A DNA stretch of 64,000 nt from Arenicellales bacterium (lineage in GTDB: Bacteria > Pseudomonadota > Gammaproteobacteria > Arenicellales > Poriferihabitantaceae): positions 1,365,718-1,429,717 of the forward strand of contig OZ241374.1 of NCBI GenBank assembly GCA_965200715.1. Direction: 5' to 3'. Numbering within the stretch: the stretch's first letter is position 1; every line of letters begins with the position of its first letter. Positions 1 through 8,562 of the stretch are shown in pieces. Made by a program: the position numbers and the translations under genes. A model generated the notes under the pieces. The model had not been told where the DNA came from, did not search any database, and saw only the letters and a program-made list of their open reading frames with translations.

Positions 1-875
1 TTGATTTCAGACAGCCGCTTAACCCCTTTGTCCATACCCAATAATACCGATCCTAGTGCAACAGCTGTAATACCGATAATTAGTAAGACGACCACGGTAT
101 TTGATGGCTCTATTCCGGAAATTTCTTGCAAGCCAAAAGCGATTTGTTGTGCGCCAAGACCAAGCGAAGTTGTCAATCCAAATAGTGTTGCAAATACTGC
201 AAGTGTATCGATAGTATGGCCCCACCATCCCCAGACTCGCTCTCCTAATAATGGATAGAAGGCCGACCGGAGTGTCATCGGCATCCCTTTGTTATAGGCA
301 AAGATTGCAAGAGTTAAGCCAACAACTGCATAAACACACCATCCTCCAAGCCCCCAGTGATGTATAGTTCCAACAATACCAATATATTCATTTCCAGGCT
401 GAGTAATATCGATATTCAATGGCCTTGCGTTCCCTCCTTCTGAGAAATTGTAATACGTAGGCTCCAATACACCGAAGAACAACAAGCCAATCCCAATTCC
501 TGCAGCAAACATCATGGCTATCCAGCCCGATAAAGAATAATCGGGTTTAGCATCTTTGCCCCCGATGCGAACCGATCCGACAGGCAAGAAAATCAGTACC
601 AGACAAAAGATGAGCATGATGTCGACTGAAATTACTAGAAACCAGTCGAACTCACGAGTTAGAAATGGCCTTAACCAACCAAAAAATTCAGCTGATGCTT
701 GCTGATTGGCCAACGCCAAGAGCACAAAAGCGATGATTAAAAGTCCAGAAATCAGAAAAACAGGATTGTGAATATCAAGACCAAATGGTTGAATATTGTC
801 TTGTCCAAGCTTGAAATCAGTTTGGAAATCTGAATCCTGTGATGTTGTCGGGTTTTCAGTTTGTGGTTGATTCAT
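1..875 (-). CDS. BCCT-family (betaine/choline/carnitine/DMSP-type) transporter, N-terminal ~291 aa; C-terminus lies beyond window start
   Basis: Own minus-strand translation from ATG at 875-873: MNQPQTENPTTSQDSDFQ...GWIAMMFAAGIGIGLLFFGVLEP...HHWGLGGWCVYAVVGLTLAIFAYNKG...RSAFYPLLGERVWGWWGHTIDTLAVFATLFGLTTSLGLGAQQI, open to position 1. Blocks are typical of BetT/OpuD/CaiT. Absent from the ORF track because it is open-ended. Confidence 0.85.
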   Translation of the reverse strand, partial: MNQPQTENPTTSQDSDFQTDFKLGQDNIQPFGLDIHNPVFLISGLLIIAFVLLALANQQASAEFFGWLRPFLTREFDWFLVISVDIMLIFCLVLIFLPVGSVRIGGKDAKPDYSLSGWIAMMFAAGIGIGLLFFGVLEPTYYNFSEGGNARPLNIDITQPGNEYIGIVGTIHHWGLGGWCVYAVVGLTLAIFAYNKGMPMTLRSAFYPLLGERVWGWWGHTIDTLAVFATLFGLTTSLGLGAQQIAFGLQEISGIEPSNTVVVLLIIGITAVALGSVLLGMDKGVKRLSEI

Positions 876-1363
876 TTTATTCTCCGAAATACATCGATAA
901 ATGGACGGTTTTACCGATGGTTAAAACTATTTATAAACGAAATTATGTCTATTGCTCGGATTTATTGCAAGCCGAATATCGTTATGAGAATGTTTTTGTG
1001 GACAAACTTCCGACTTTAATAATCGTTCGGATCTCGGTAATCCTAGAGCTGTTATATTTCATAGATTAAGATACATGATTACCAAAAAAGCTCCGACTTC
1101 ACTTGCATAGCCTAGAGACGATATATAAATTTTTCTAGTTTGCCGAGACTGAAATCTCTCAAAACAACCTCTGTGTAATTCTCATCACTTCGAAATTTAA
1201 CATACTAGAATGAAAAATCTTCCCCTCTTTTTGATTTTTTTATCAGAATCCGGATGGTGAAATAAGTCTTGCTTCCACCTCTATTTTAAAATCTGCAAGT
1301 AAGATAATCCTGAGCTTGCAGGCAGTGGGGTAGGGATGCTGTGACTCTTAATTCTGTTTTCTG

Positions 1364-2587
1364 CTATATAAAATCGGCATCATAAGGGTAAGTGGTTAAC
1401 ATTTCGTAACCATTAGAAGTTACAAGTACTTGCTGTTCAAGTTTTACACCATCCATTTCATCAACGATGCCCATATAACTTTCAATACAGAGGACCATTC
1501 CGCATTGTAGAACATCATCAAAAGAGAGAGAACCACGGTAAATGGGTTTCAGATGCGGATATTCATCACACATTCCAACACCGTGAACAAAACAGGGATA
1601 TGCTTGCCTTTGGAATTCTTCTGGAACAGGAAACGCAGATTGTTGAAATTCCGAAAATGAAACGTCGGGTTTAACAATGCTCAGATTATGCTCGATTTCT
1701 TGCATAGCCATACGATACAGAAATTTCTGTTTTTGGGTTGGTTTGCCTGGCCCACAAGAAAATGTTCTCGAAATATCAGCAAAATAGCCCATGGGACCGA
1801 TCATGTCTGTATCAAATGCTACTAAATCTCCAGCTTCCACTTTCCGATTCGAAGCTTCCTGAAACCAGGGGTTTGTTCGGGGACCGGAAGAGAGCATTCG
1901 TCCATCATGCCAGTCTCCATTATTCGCAAGATTTGTATAGTTCAGTAAGCCCCATAATTGAAGCTCAGTAACACCCGGTTTTAGCGATTCCTTGATTTTT
2001 TTAATTCCATGTTCTGCGACAGCAATGGCCCAGCGGATACAGTTTATTTCATCTTCAGACTTGATTAGACGAGCTCTCTCTGTAATCAACACACCATCGA
2101 TTACTTCAATATTGCGTTTTGCTAAAGCTAGTGTAATGCTCGGATTAACATATTCGATAGCCACTTTACGCTTGCTAGCACCAATTTCCGCCAGATATAA
2201 GTCAATGTCGTTTGCAAATAGCTCTGCAAAATACGCAAGATTATCTCCACCATAAAAATAGGAAATTGGACGCCCTAATCGTTGATTTTGTGCTGGAATT
2301 TCAGGGTCAAACCCATTATGCAAAATGAAATTTCCATCTGCAGGGTAGAACAAATACGTACAGGGAATATGCGTCATGAACGCCGCATAATTTCGATAAT
2401 TGATCGCATAGCGGAGGCTGATCGGACTAACCATGACGCACAGGTCAGCATCGTGACGTTGCAATTCCTGTTTGAGTCGATTTGTTCGATACGCATGCAT
2501 TCGGTCAAGATCAATATCGGGTTTCTTGCGGATTCTCTCAAGATCACTCCAATTATCATGCAAGACCAGTTCGTCCGGTGTTGACAT
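1364..2587 (-). CDS. M24 (creatinase/Xaa-Pro peptidase fold) metalloenzyme, DddP-like (candidate DMSP lyase)
   Basis: Track ORF 1364..2629. I prefer the ATG at 2587 (MSTPDELV) because GGAGG lies 5 nt upstream. Pita-bread metal-ligand pattern: FDTDMIGPMGYFADISR, HGVGMCDEYP, CIESY, KLEQQVLVTSNGYEMLTTYPYD. SGPRTNPWFQE block as I recall it from DddP. Confidence 0.7.
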   Translation of the reverse strand: MSTPDELVLHDNWSDLERIRKKPDIDLDRMHAYRTNRLKQELQRHDADLCVMVSPISLRYAINYRNYAAFMTHIPCTYLFYPADGNFILHNGFDPEIPAQNQRLGRPISYFYGGDNLAYFAELFANDIDLYLAEIGASKRKVAIEYVNPSITLALAKRNIEVIDGVLITERARLIKSEDEINCIRWAIAVAEHGIKKIKESLKPGVTELQLWGLLNYTNLANNGDWHDGRMLSSGPRTNPWFQEASNRKVEAGDLVAFDTDMIGPMGYFADISRTFSCGPGKPTQKQKFLYRMAMQEIEHNLSIVKPDVSFSEFQQSAFPVPEEFQRQAYPCFVHGVGMCDEYPHLKPIYRGSLSFDDVLQCGMVLCIESYMGIVDEMDGVKLEQQVLVTSNGYEMLTTYPYDADFI

Positions 2588-3008
2588 TTTGCCTCCAGAA
2601 TTTTGGTTTAAAGTATACTCATTGATCAAGTGATTGAAGCAATTGAGAAAATCTGATTTGGTAAAAATTACCCCGATTGAACCGAACTTCCTGTTAATGA
2701 TTGTGAAAAATTCGGAACTACTTCTTCAATTTCAACTTCAAATTAACTACTTCTGCCATAGGATTGTTCGATTGGAATCGACTGATGATTGATGGTGTCA
2801 AGTTCGAATTCCATCATTTACCTCTGTAGATTGAAATCATTACTATTGGGGAAAAGTTTGAATTTTCGCACAATTACCTATGTGTAATCTTTCAATAGTT
2901 CGATGTATTTACGCTCTGTAAATATCTTATCCTGCAAACTTGATCTGATTGTAGACAACAAAAATTCACAATCTCAAAAGGCAGAAGTTCCACTAGATAA
3001 AAGCTATT

Positions 3009-4022
3009 CTACTTATGCATCATTCGTGAACGAAATAACAACAAAAACACAAATATAGAGCCTATTGATGTAGTTACAATTCCAACAGGTAATTCTTGAG
3101 GTGCGAGGAGAAGTCTGCTCAACATGTCAGAAACTGTAAGTAATAAAGCCCCGACGATGGCGGCTGTGGGCAGAAGAAGACTGTGCAATGGGCCTGTGAT
3201 TCCCCGAGCAAGGTGTGGGACCATCAAGCCCACAAAGCCAATCACTCCCGCAACCGATACAAACACAGCGGTAGCTAATGCGGCTACAAAAAACATGCTG
3301 AAACGAAGATATTGCAAAGGTACGCCAAGAGTTGATGCAGTAAGATCACCTGCCAAAAGTGCATCCATCCACCTTCTTCGATAAAATGAATAGGCCAAGA
3401 TTAATATCAATCCAGAACTAACGAGTGGAAAACTCTCCCATCTTGCTAAACCGAGACCTCCTAACATCCAGAAAATTACAGAATGAGCTGCACGACTATC
3501 ACCAGAGAAAATCAGATAATTTGTTATCGCAGCGAAGAGAAAGGACACTGCCAATCCGGCAAGAATTAGTTTTTCTGGTGCACTAGTTTGCAATCCATGT
3601 ACTAATGCTAGCACAATTCCTGAGGCAACAAGACCACCACAAAAGGCCGCAAGTGGGAGTGTCCAAATACCTAAAATATCACCTGTGACCGTAATCACAA
3701 AGACAGCACCTGCCGCCGCGCCCGAAGATAACCCAAATAAAAATGGGTCAGCCAAATCGTTACGTGTGGTCGTTTGCAAGACAACACCAACGATTCCAAG
3801 TCCAGCACCGATCACGGTTGCAAAAAGCGCACGCGGAAGACGCAAATCAAACACAATTCGGTGGACAGGAGAGATATCTCCTTCAATAAGTCCAATGTTC
3901 AGGGCAATCGCCTTGACAACTTCGGTAAGTGGTATCGGCGTTGTACCATAGAGTACCGAAGCCAACAAAAGGGTGATCAGAATGACCGCCCCGAGAATGT
4001 TGGCGATAAGTATACGGGTCAA
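3009..4022 (-). CDS. FecCD/BtuC-family ABC permease (metal-chelate type)
   Basis: 337 aa polytopic protein. Blocks LRLPRALFATVIGAGLGIVGVVLQTTTRNDLADPFLFGLSSGAA and GVIGFVGLMVPHLAR are typical of FecCD permeases. The stop/start is packed against the upstream SBP gene (4022/4024). Confidence 0.9.
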   Translation of the reverse strand: MTRILIANILGAVILITLLLASVLYGTTPIPLTEVVKAIALNIGLIEGDISPVHRIVFDLRLPRALFATVIGAGLGIVGVVLQTTTRNDLADPFLFGLSSGAAAGAVFVITVTGDILGIWTLPLAAFCGGLVASGIVLALVHGLQTSAPEKLILAGLAVSFLFAAITNYLIFSGDSRAAHSVIFWMLGGLGLARWESFPLVSSGLILILAYSFYRRRWMDALLAGDLTASTLGVPLQYLRFSMFFVAALATAVFVSVAGVIGFVGLMVPHLARGITGPLHSLLLPTAAIVGALLLTVSDMLSRLLLAPQELPVGIVTTSIGSIFVFLLLFRSRMMHK

Positions 4023-4023
4023 T

Positions 4024-5022
4024 TCAGTTCAATCCATGCATTGCTTCTGCCATTTTTCTTATGGCAAGGATGTTCGCTGGACCAGGGGTTAATTCTTCAT
4101 ATCTCAATCCGATCCAACGCTCATTTTTTACTGCATCAGTCTGAGACATAACCGGATGTTCTTGAAGAAAGTGAAAGGTATCAACTGCCCCGTTTCCTGT
4201 TTGGTAATCAAGAAGTACAAGAAATTGCGGATTGGTGGCAGCTACCGCCTCCCAAGAAGTTCGCCCCCAACTAGTATCAAGATCATGAGTAACGTTTTGT
4301 CCCCCTGCAGCCGAGATCATGGCGTCAGGAATAGCAAATTTGCCAGCAGTGAAGGGCGCATCAGCTGGCCCGTCCAACAAAAACACTCGGAATTTTTCAA
4401 GTCCGTTGGTTTGTGCTCCAATAGAGGCTAGTTCCAATTTCCAGTCAGACACAAGTTTTTTGGCTTTATCTTCAACATCCATCACTTTGCCTAAACGTAA
4501 AACATCATCAAACAACAGATCCATACTCGCAATTGGTCGATCTTTATCCAGATGTACGCAACTTTCGGTCAGAATCATGGTCTGAATCCCAAAACGTGCA
4601 AGTGTGTCGGGTGTTACGTCTCCGCCGGGGCGCATACCATAATACCATCCAGCGAAGAATAGATCAGGATCAACTGATATCAAGTTCTCAATTGTTGGAT
4701 ATTTTGGAGCAAGTTCTGGAATGTTACCACGCAGTTCATCGAACTTGAGGCTTGTTTTATACCAACCAGTAATACCTGTTAGACCTACAATTCGGTCTTG
4801 CAGTTCCAGTGCAAAAGCCATTTCTGCCATATTAATATCGTGCACCACAATTCGTTTTGGTGTAGTTTCGAAGTCTAGTGGTTTACCACAATTGTTGACA
4901 GTGATATTGTTGGCAGTAGCTGTACCTGCGAATATGCTAATTAAACAAACCAGATAGATCGGTCGTAATTTACTCAAGAAAAAATTCAGGTTTGTTGGTG
5001 TTGGGAAAAGACTCTGTAGCAT
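4024..5022 (-). CDS. Periplasmic binding protein of metal-chelate (class III, FhuD/BtuF-like) ABC importer
   Basis: 332 aa with an N-terminal hydrophobic signal-like segment (LVCLISIFAGTATA). Sits between the ATPase and the FecCD permease. PKRIVVHDINMAEMAFALELQDRIVG resembles the PBP_2 'RIV..., ...E.l.aLG' opening. Confidence 0.75.
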   Translation of the reverse strand: MLQSLFPTPTNLNFFLSKLRPIYLVCLISIFAGTATANNITVNNCGKPLDFETTPKRIVVHDINMAEMAFALELQDRIVGLTGITGWYKTSLKFDELRGNIPELAPKYPTIENLISVDPDLFFAGWYYGMRPGGDVTPDTLARFGIQTMILTESCVHLDKDRPIASMDLLFDDVLRLGKVMDVEDKAKKLVSDWKLELASIGAQTNGLEKFRVFLLDGPADAPFTAGKFAIPDAMISAAGGQNVTHDLDTSWGRTSWEAVAATNPQFLVLLDYQTGNGAVDTFHFLQEHPVMSQTDAVKNERWIGLRYEELTPGPANILAIRKMAEAMHGLN

Positions 5023-5030
5023 GATTGTTT

Positions 5031-5819
5031 TTACTCCATATTGATTGTATTTTTTCGGATGTCCAAAGCTGGGATAAGGCGACCTTGATGGGCAAAATGA
5101 AGGTATGTTACGCCAAAAATATCTTCCACTAGATCAGGCGTTAATATGATTTTGACTGGACCAAACCCAGCGAGTTTTGCCTCGTTAATCAAGGCGACAT
5201 GAGTAGAAAATTCTGGAATCATCACAAGATCATGAACGACCATCACTACGGTGATGCCTAGTTCAGTTACCAGAGAAAGCATGCGGCCCTTGGCTTCAGG
5301 GTCAAGATGGTTTGTAGGTTCATCAAGAAATAATAGCGAAGGGTTCTGTGCTAGGGCTCTCGCAATGTGTGCCCTTTGTTGTTCTCCCCCAGATAGTACT
5401 GCCATTCGTTTTTCGGCCAGATCATTTAGACCGGTTATATTTAGAATTCGATTTATGTCGTCAGAATGCGCTTGGTTTGACTTATTCTGCTTGATCGGTA
5501 TTTGACCAAGGGCTATGTAATCGCGCACAAATAGCCTTCCATCGGGCTGTTCTTGCTGACTAACCACAGCAATCATGCGGGCTTTTTCTTTAGCAGATAG
5601 TTGTTTAAGGTTATGTCCACTAACGATTACATCACCACTTGTAGGCATCTCAATACCGCTCAACAGTCGAAGGAGTGTAGTTTTGCCGGCACCGTTCGGA
5701 CCCGCTATAGCTAAAATCCCTCCTTCATCGATGTGGAAGGATATATCCTGCACCAAACTCTTTCCGTTTGTCGCTTGATAGGATAGATTTTTGGCAATAA
5801 GAAACGACTGTTCTGTCAT
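5031..5819 (-). CDS. ABC transporter ATP-binding protein (FecE/FepC-like)
   Basis: Walker A GPNGAGKTT, signature LSGGEQQRAHIARAL, Walker B LLFLDEPTNHLD. Confidence 0.92.
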   Translation of the reverse strand: MTEQSFLIAKNLSYQATNGKSLVQDISFHIDEGGILAIAGPNGAGKTTLLRLLSGIEMPTSGDVIVSGHNLKQLSAKEKARMIAVVSQQEQPDGRLFVRDYIALGQIPIKQNKSNQAHSDDINRILNITGLNDLAEKRMAVLSGGEQQRAHIARALAQNPSLLFLDEPTNHLDPEAKGRMLSLVTELGITVVMVVHDLVMIPEFSTHVALINEAKLAGFGPVKIILTPDLVEDIFGVTYLHFAHQGRLIPALDIRKNTINME

Positions 5820-6356
5820 TTAATCATCGTCTATATTCAGGTAGTTTGCCAATATTTGTAACTGTGTTTTCGGTGGATTTCGATGGTGGTCGAAGGATAA
5901 ATAAACATTTCAAGAGGTCTTGTTTTCTTTACTCAGTGGTGATCCGATTTTCTGCGCTTCAATTATTGTAAATTTGGTTTTCAACTTATTCGGTGAGATA
6001 ATCATATCAAAGGTACTTGCTGTCCTAGAATTCGAGTACGGAGTGATATGGGCCGTTCATTTGGAATCAAATCATTGAGTGCCTCTGTAAGACACGGTTT
6101 TGAAGAATTACGACCAGCGAATAGACACGAGAAGCAATCATTGGCGGCAACCGATACGAATCATGGGCGTTTACCTTGGCTCATGGATTTTACATGATGT
6201 AGCCCAAATTTGGGATTTTGAGCAAAGTCTCTGTATAACATGAAAAAATCAGCCACACGAGTGAATCCACGAATATCATTGTGAACATAGGTTATGACCA
6301 TCTCTACCGATAATGAAAAAGATAAGACTGCTTATGGTGAATTATCTCCACACAAC

Positions 6357-6369
6357 GTAATAATATTAC
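6357..6369. promoter_or_regulatory. Perfect 6-1-6 palindrome GTAATA-A-TATTAC, Zur/Fur-box-like
   Basis: Read directly from sequence. 68 nt upstream of the Zur-like gene start, in the divergent intergenic region. Resembles the core of gammaproteobacterial Zur boxes (GTTATAATATAAC) with a symmetric A/T swap. Confidence 0.45.
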
Positions 6370-6436
6370 ATTGTGTAATATATCTTCATCGTCTAAACTA
6401 TTCAAGAATTAATTATGAAAACTGAGAGAGTGCTCA

Positions 6437-6826
6437 ATGCTGGCGACCACACGTTTCACACATGCCGAGCGGGTGCTTAAATATCTCAAGCAGCAAAAGC
6501 GCCCACTTACTGCCTATGAGATTCTGGAAGGGCTTCGTGAAGATGGAGTTACGGCTCCGACAACCGTCTATAGAGCTTTGAACAAACTGCTTGAAGATGG
6601 CCAACTCCACCGAATTGAATCCTTAAACGCTTGGACTGTATGTTCGGAACTTCATCATACTGGGACTCCAATCTTTGAGATTTGCGATTCTTGCAGCAAT
6701 GTTAGGGAACGTGTTGATTCACGTCTTTCCATGAACATTAAAGCTATATCGTTAGATTCAGGTTTTACTCCGGACCGTTCGATCATCGAAATCCATGGAC
6801 TTTGTAGTGATTGCAGTACATCTTGA
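6437..6826 (+). CDS. zur: Fur-family regulator, Zur-like
   Basis: 129 aa. LTAYEILEGLREDGVTAPTTVYRALNKLLEDGQLHRIESLNAWTVC parallels E. coli Zur (ISAYDLLDLLRE..PPTVYRALDFLLEQGFVHKVESTNSYVLC). Two CxxC pairs (CDSC, CSDC). Confidence 0.8.
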   Translation: MLATTRFTHAERVLKYLKQQKRPLTAYEILEGLREDGVTAPTTVYRALNKLLEDGQLHRIESLNAWTVCSELHHTGTPIFEICDSCSNVRERVDSRLSMNIKAISLDSGFTPDRSIIEIHGLCSDCSTS

Positions 6827-6904
6827 TCAAACATCAGAAAAATCTTGATCGATTCACATAGGACCCTATTGACGAGTTTTATCGCTTCTCGATAATTAAT
6901 CACC

Positions 6905-7798
6905 ATGAAAACGAAAATCATGAAAGGTATCATCTGTCCAATCCTAACCCCATTTAATCATGATTTAAGTTTCAATGATGATCTTTACTTACAACATGCA
7001 AAATATTTACTGGAGTCTGGTATCCATCTACTTTCTCCGTTTGGAACGACTGGTGAGGCACTCTCCATGGCCGTTGAGGAAAGAATTACCGCGGTAGATT
7101 GTCTAATCAATGGAGGTATTCATCCAGCAAAAATTATGCCGGGTGCTGGTCTTTGCAATTTTCCAGAAACTCTTCGTCTCGTTCGTCATGCCTTACATCG
7201 AGGCTGTCTTGCAGTTATGTTATTGCCTCCCTTCTTTTATAAAAATGCTACTGATGAAGGTCTGTACACCTATTTCGTGAAATTAATCGAAACCATAGAC
7301 AATCCAAGTCTCAAAATCTGTCTCTATCACATACCACCCATGGCGGGCATGGGTTTCTCACCAGCATTGACGAAAAAACTGAGCATCGAATTCCCAGAAA
7401 CAGTAATCGCATATAAGGATAGTTCTGGACAAATGGAACATACCTTGAATATTCGCACATCGGCCCCCTCATTATCTGTGTTTCCGGGATCAGAGGTTTA
7501 TCTAAAATCGGGTCTAGAAAATGGATGTGAAGGATGTATATCCGCAACATGCAATGTCAATTCGCAGGCAATAAGAGATGTCTTCGACATGATCGTTGGT
7601 GATCATCAAGGCGAACTGGAAGCCAGGAATGGGGAAATCCTAGACTTTAGAAAAAAAGTGGATACCTATTCACCAATCGCATTAATGAAAGGCTATCTCG
7701 CTCTAAAGAATCAAGATCCTCGCTGGCGTAATGTCCGACCCCCGTTAATGCCTGCAAACGATCAGGAGATTTCCTCGGTATTTCAAAAGTTTGGTTAA
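6905..7798 (+). CDS. Dihydrodipicolinate synthase / N-acetylneuraminate lyase family (class I aldolase) protein
   Basis: 297 aa. ICPILTPFN...LSPFGTTGEALSM...YHIP...VIAYKDSSG (Schiff-base Lys context). Substrate cannot be assigned. Confidence 0.8.
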   Translation: MKTKIMKGIICPILTPFNHDLSFNDDLYLQHAKYLLESGIHLLSPFGTTGEALSMAVEERITAVDCLINGGIHPAKIMPGAGLCNFPETLRLVRHALHRGCLAVMLLPPFFYKNATDEGLYTYFVKLIETIDNPSLKICLYHIPPMAGMGFSPALTKKLSIEFPETVIAYKDSSGQMEHTLNIRTSAPSLSVFPGSEVYLKSGLENGCEGCISATCNVNSQAIRDVFDMIVGDHQGELEARNGEILDFRKKVDTYSPIALMKGYLALKNQDPRWRNVRPPLMPANDQEISSVFQKFG

Positions 7799-7821
7799 GA
7801 TGATCAGGGGGTAGAATCACA

Positions 7822-8439
7822 TCAACTACGGGTTGGGGATAATGAGCATTGGCCCCGGTCAGGATTGGGCTCGATTTGATCTAGATTCAGTAATTCCTTG
7901 AGTTTATCTGCACCACCAACATATTCTCCGTCTAACCAAATTTGCGGAACAGTAACTGGAGTCCGAGGTCCAATGATTGGTTTTACCCTGGCCAGCATCT
8001 CATAAAGTGCACCAGGTTCCTTGACCACATCATGGTAGTGATATTGGACATTGGCTTGGTCAAGGTAGGCTTTGGCATTAACACAATGCGGGCAGGTCGC
8101 TTTGCCAAATACGTGATTCCCCTCTATGGGTTTGTGATGCACTGCTTCTTCAATCACTGACTGGGTAAGAACACCCCTGTTAAGAGCTGCCCCTTGCGAC
8201 ACCATTTTGCCATTCACGAGAACAATCGGTGCGTGCCAGCCGCCTTTCGGTAATGGTTTCCACCATTCAGTCAGCCAGTCTCGTAATTCCAGTTCCACAT
8301 CCAATCCTTGAAGATCAGTATCAATACAGTCCTGAATAATGTCTTTGGTAAGAGAGCACTCCCCGCAGGGAATTTTTACTTTAAACGGGCCCCATGCACC
8401 GGCCCAACGAAATACGGTTATATTTACTGATTTATCCAT
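7822..8439 (-). CDS. Two-domain glutaredoxin/thioredoxin-fold protein (CGEC + CPHC)
   Basis: 205 aa. C-terminal half is glutaredoxin-like (VFGKATCPHCVNAKAYL...VPQIWLDGEYVGGADKLKEL). N-terminal half has a second redox-like motif, KIPCGECSLTKD...IVLVNGKMVSQG. Confidence 0.6.
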   Translation of the reverse strand: MDKSVNITVFRWAGAWGPFKVKIPCGECSLTKDIIQDCIDTDLQGLDVELELRDWLTEWWKPLPKGGWHAPIVLVNGKMVSQGAALNRGVLTQSVIEEAVHHKPIEGNHVFGKATCPHCVNAKAYLDQANVQYHYHDVVKEPGALYEMLARVKPIIGPRTPVTVPQIWLDGEYVGGADKLKELLNLDQIEPNPDRGQCSLSPTRS

Positions 8440-8562
8440 GGTTAATCAAAAGTTAAACTATTCAGAGCAGAACTCAACAGATTAAAACATGAATACAACA
8501 GAACACAAGGAAATAGTAAATATTTCAAGAGAATACGAAATTCCAAGTTCATGTATCGCGCC

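Noticed and set aside
839-1069. 76-aa plus-strand ORF upstream of the BCCT gene
   Set aside because: It overlaps the BCCT start region, is AT-rich, and has no RBS or recognisable motif.
5820-6436. Possible cobalamin riboswitch in the long leader of the FecCD/BtuC-type importer
   Set aside because: Reading the minus strand, I found no B12 box (AGYCMGGAGACCKGCC-like), no GGGAA/GCCACTG core elements and no convincing P1 pairing. Only a weak 'CACCACTG' resemblance.
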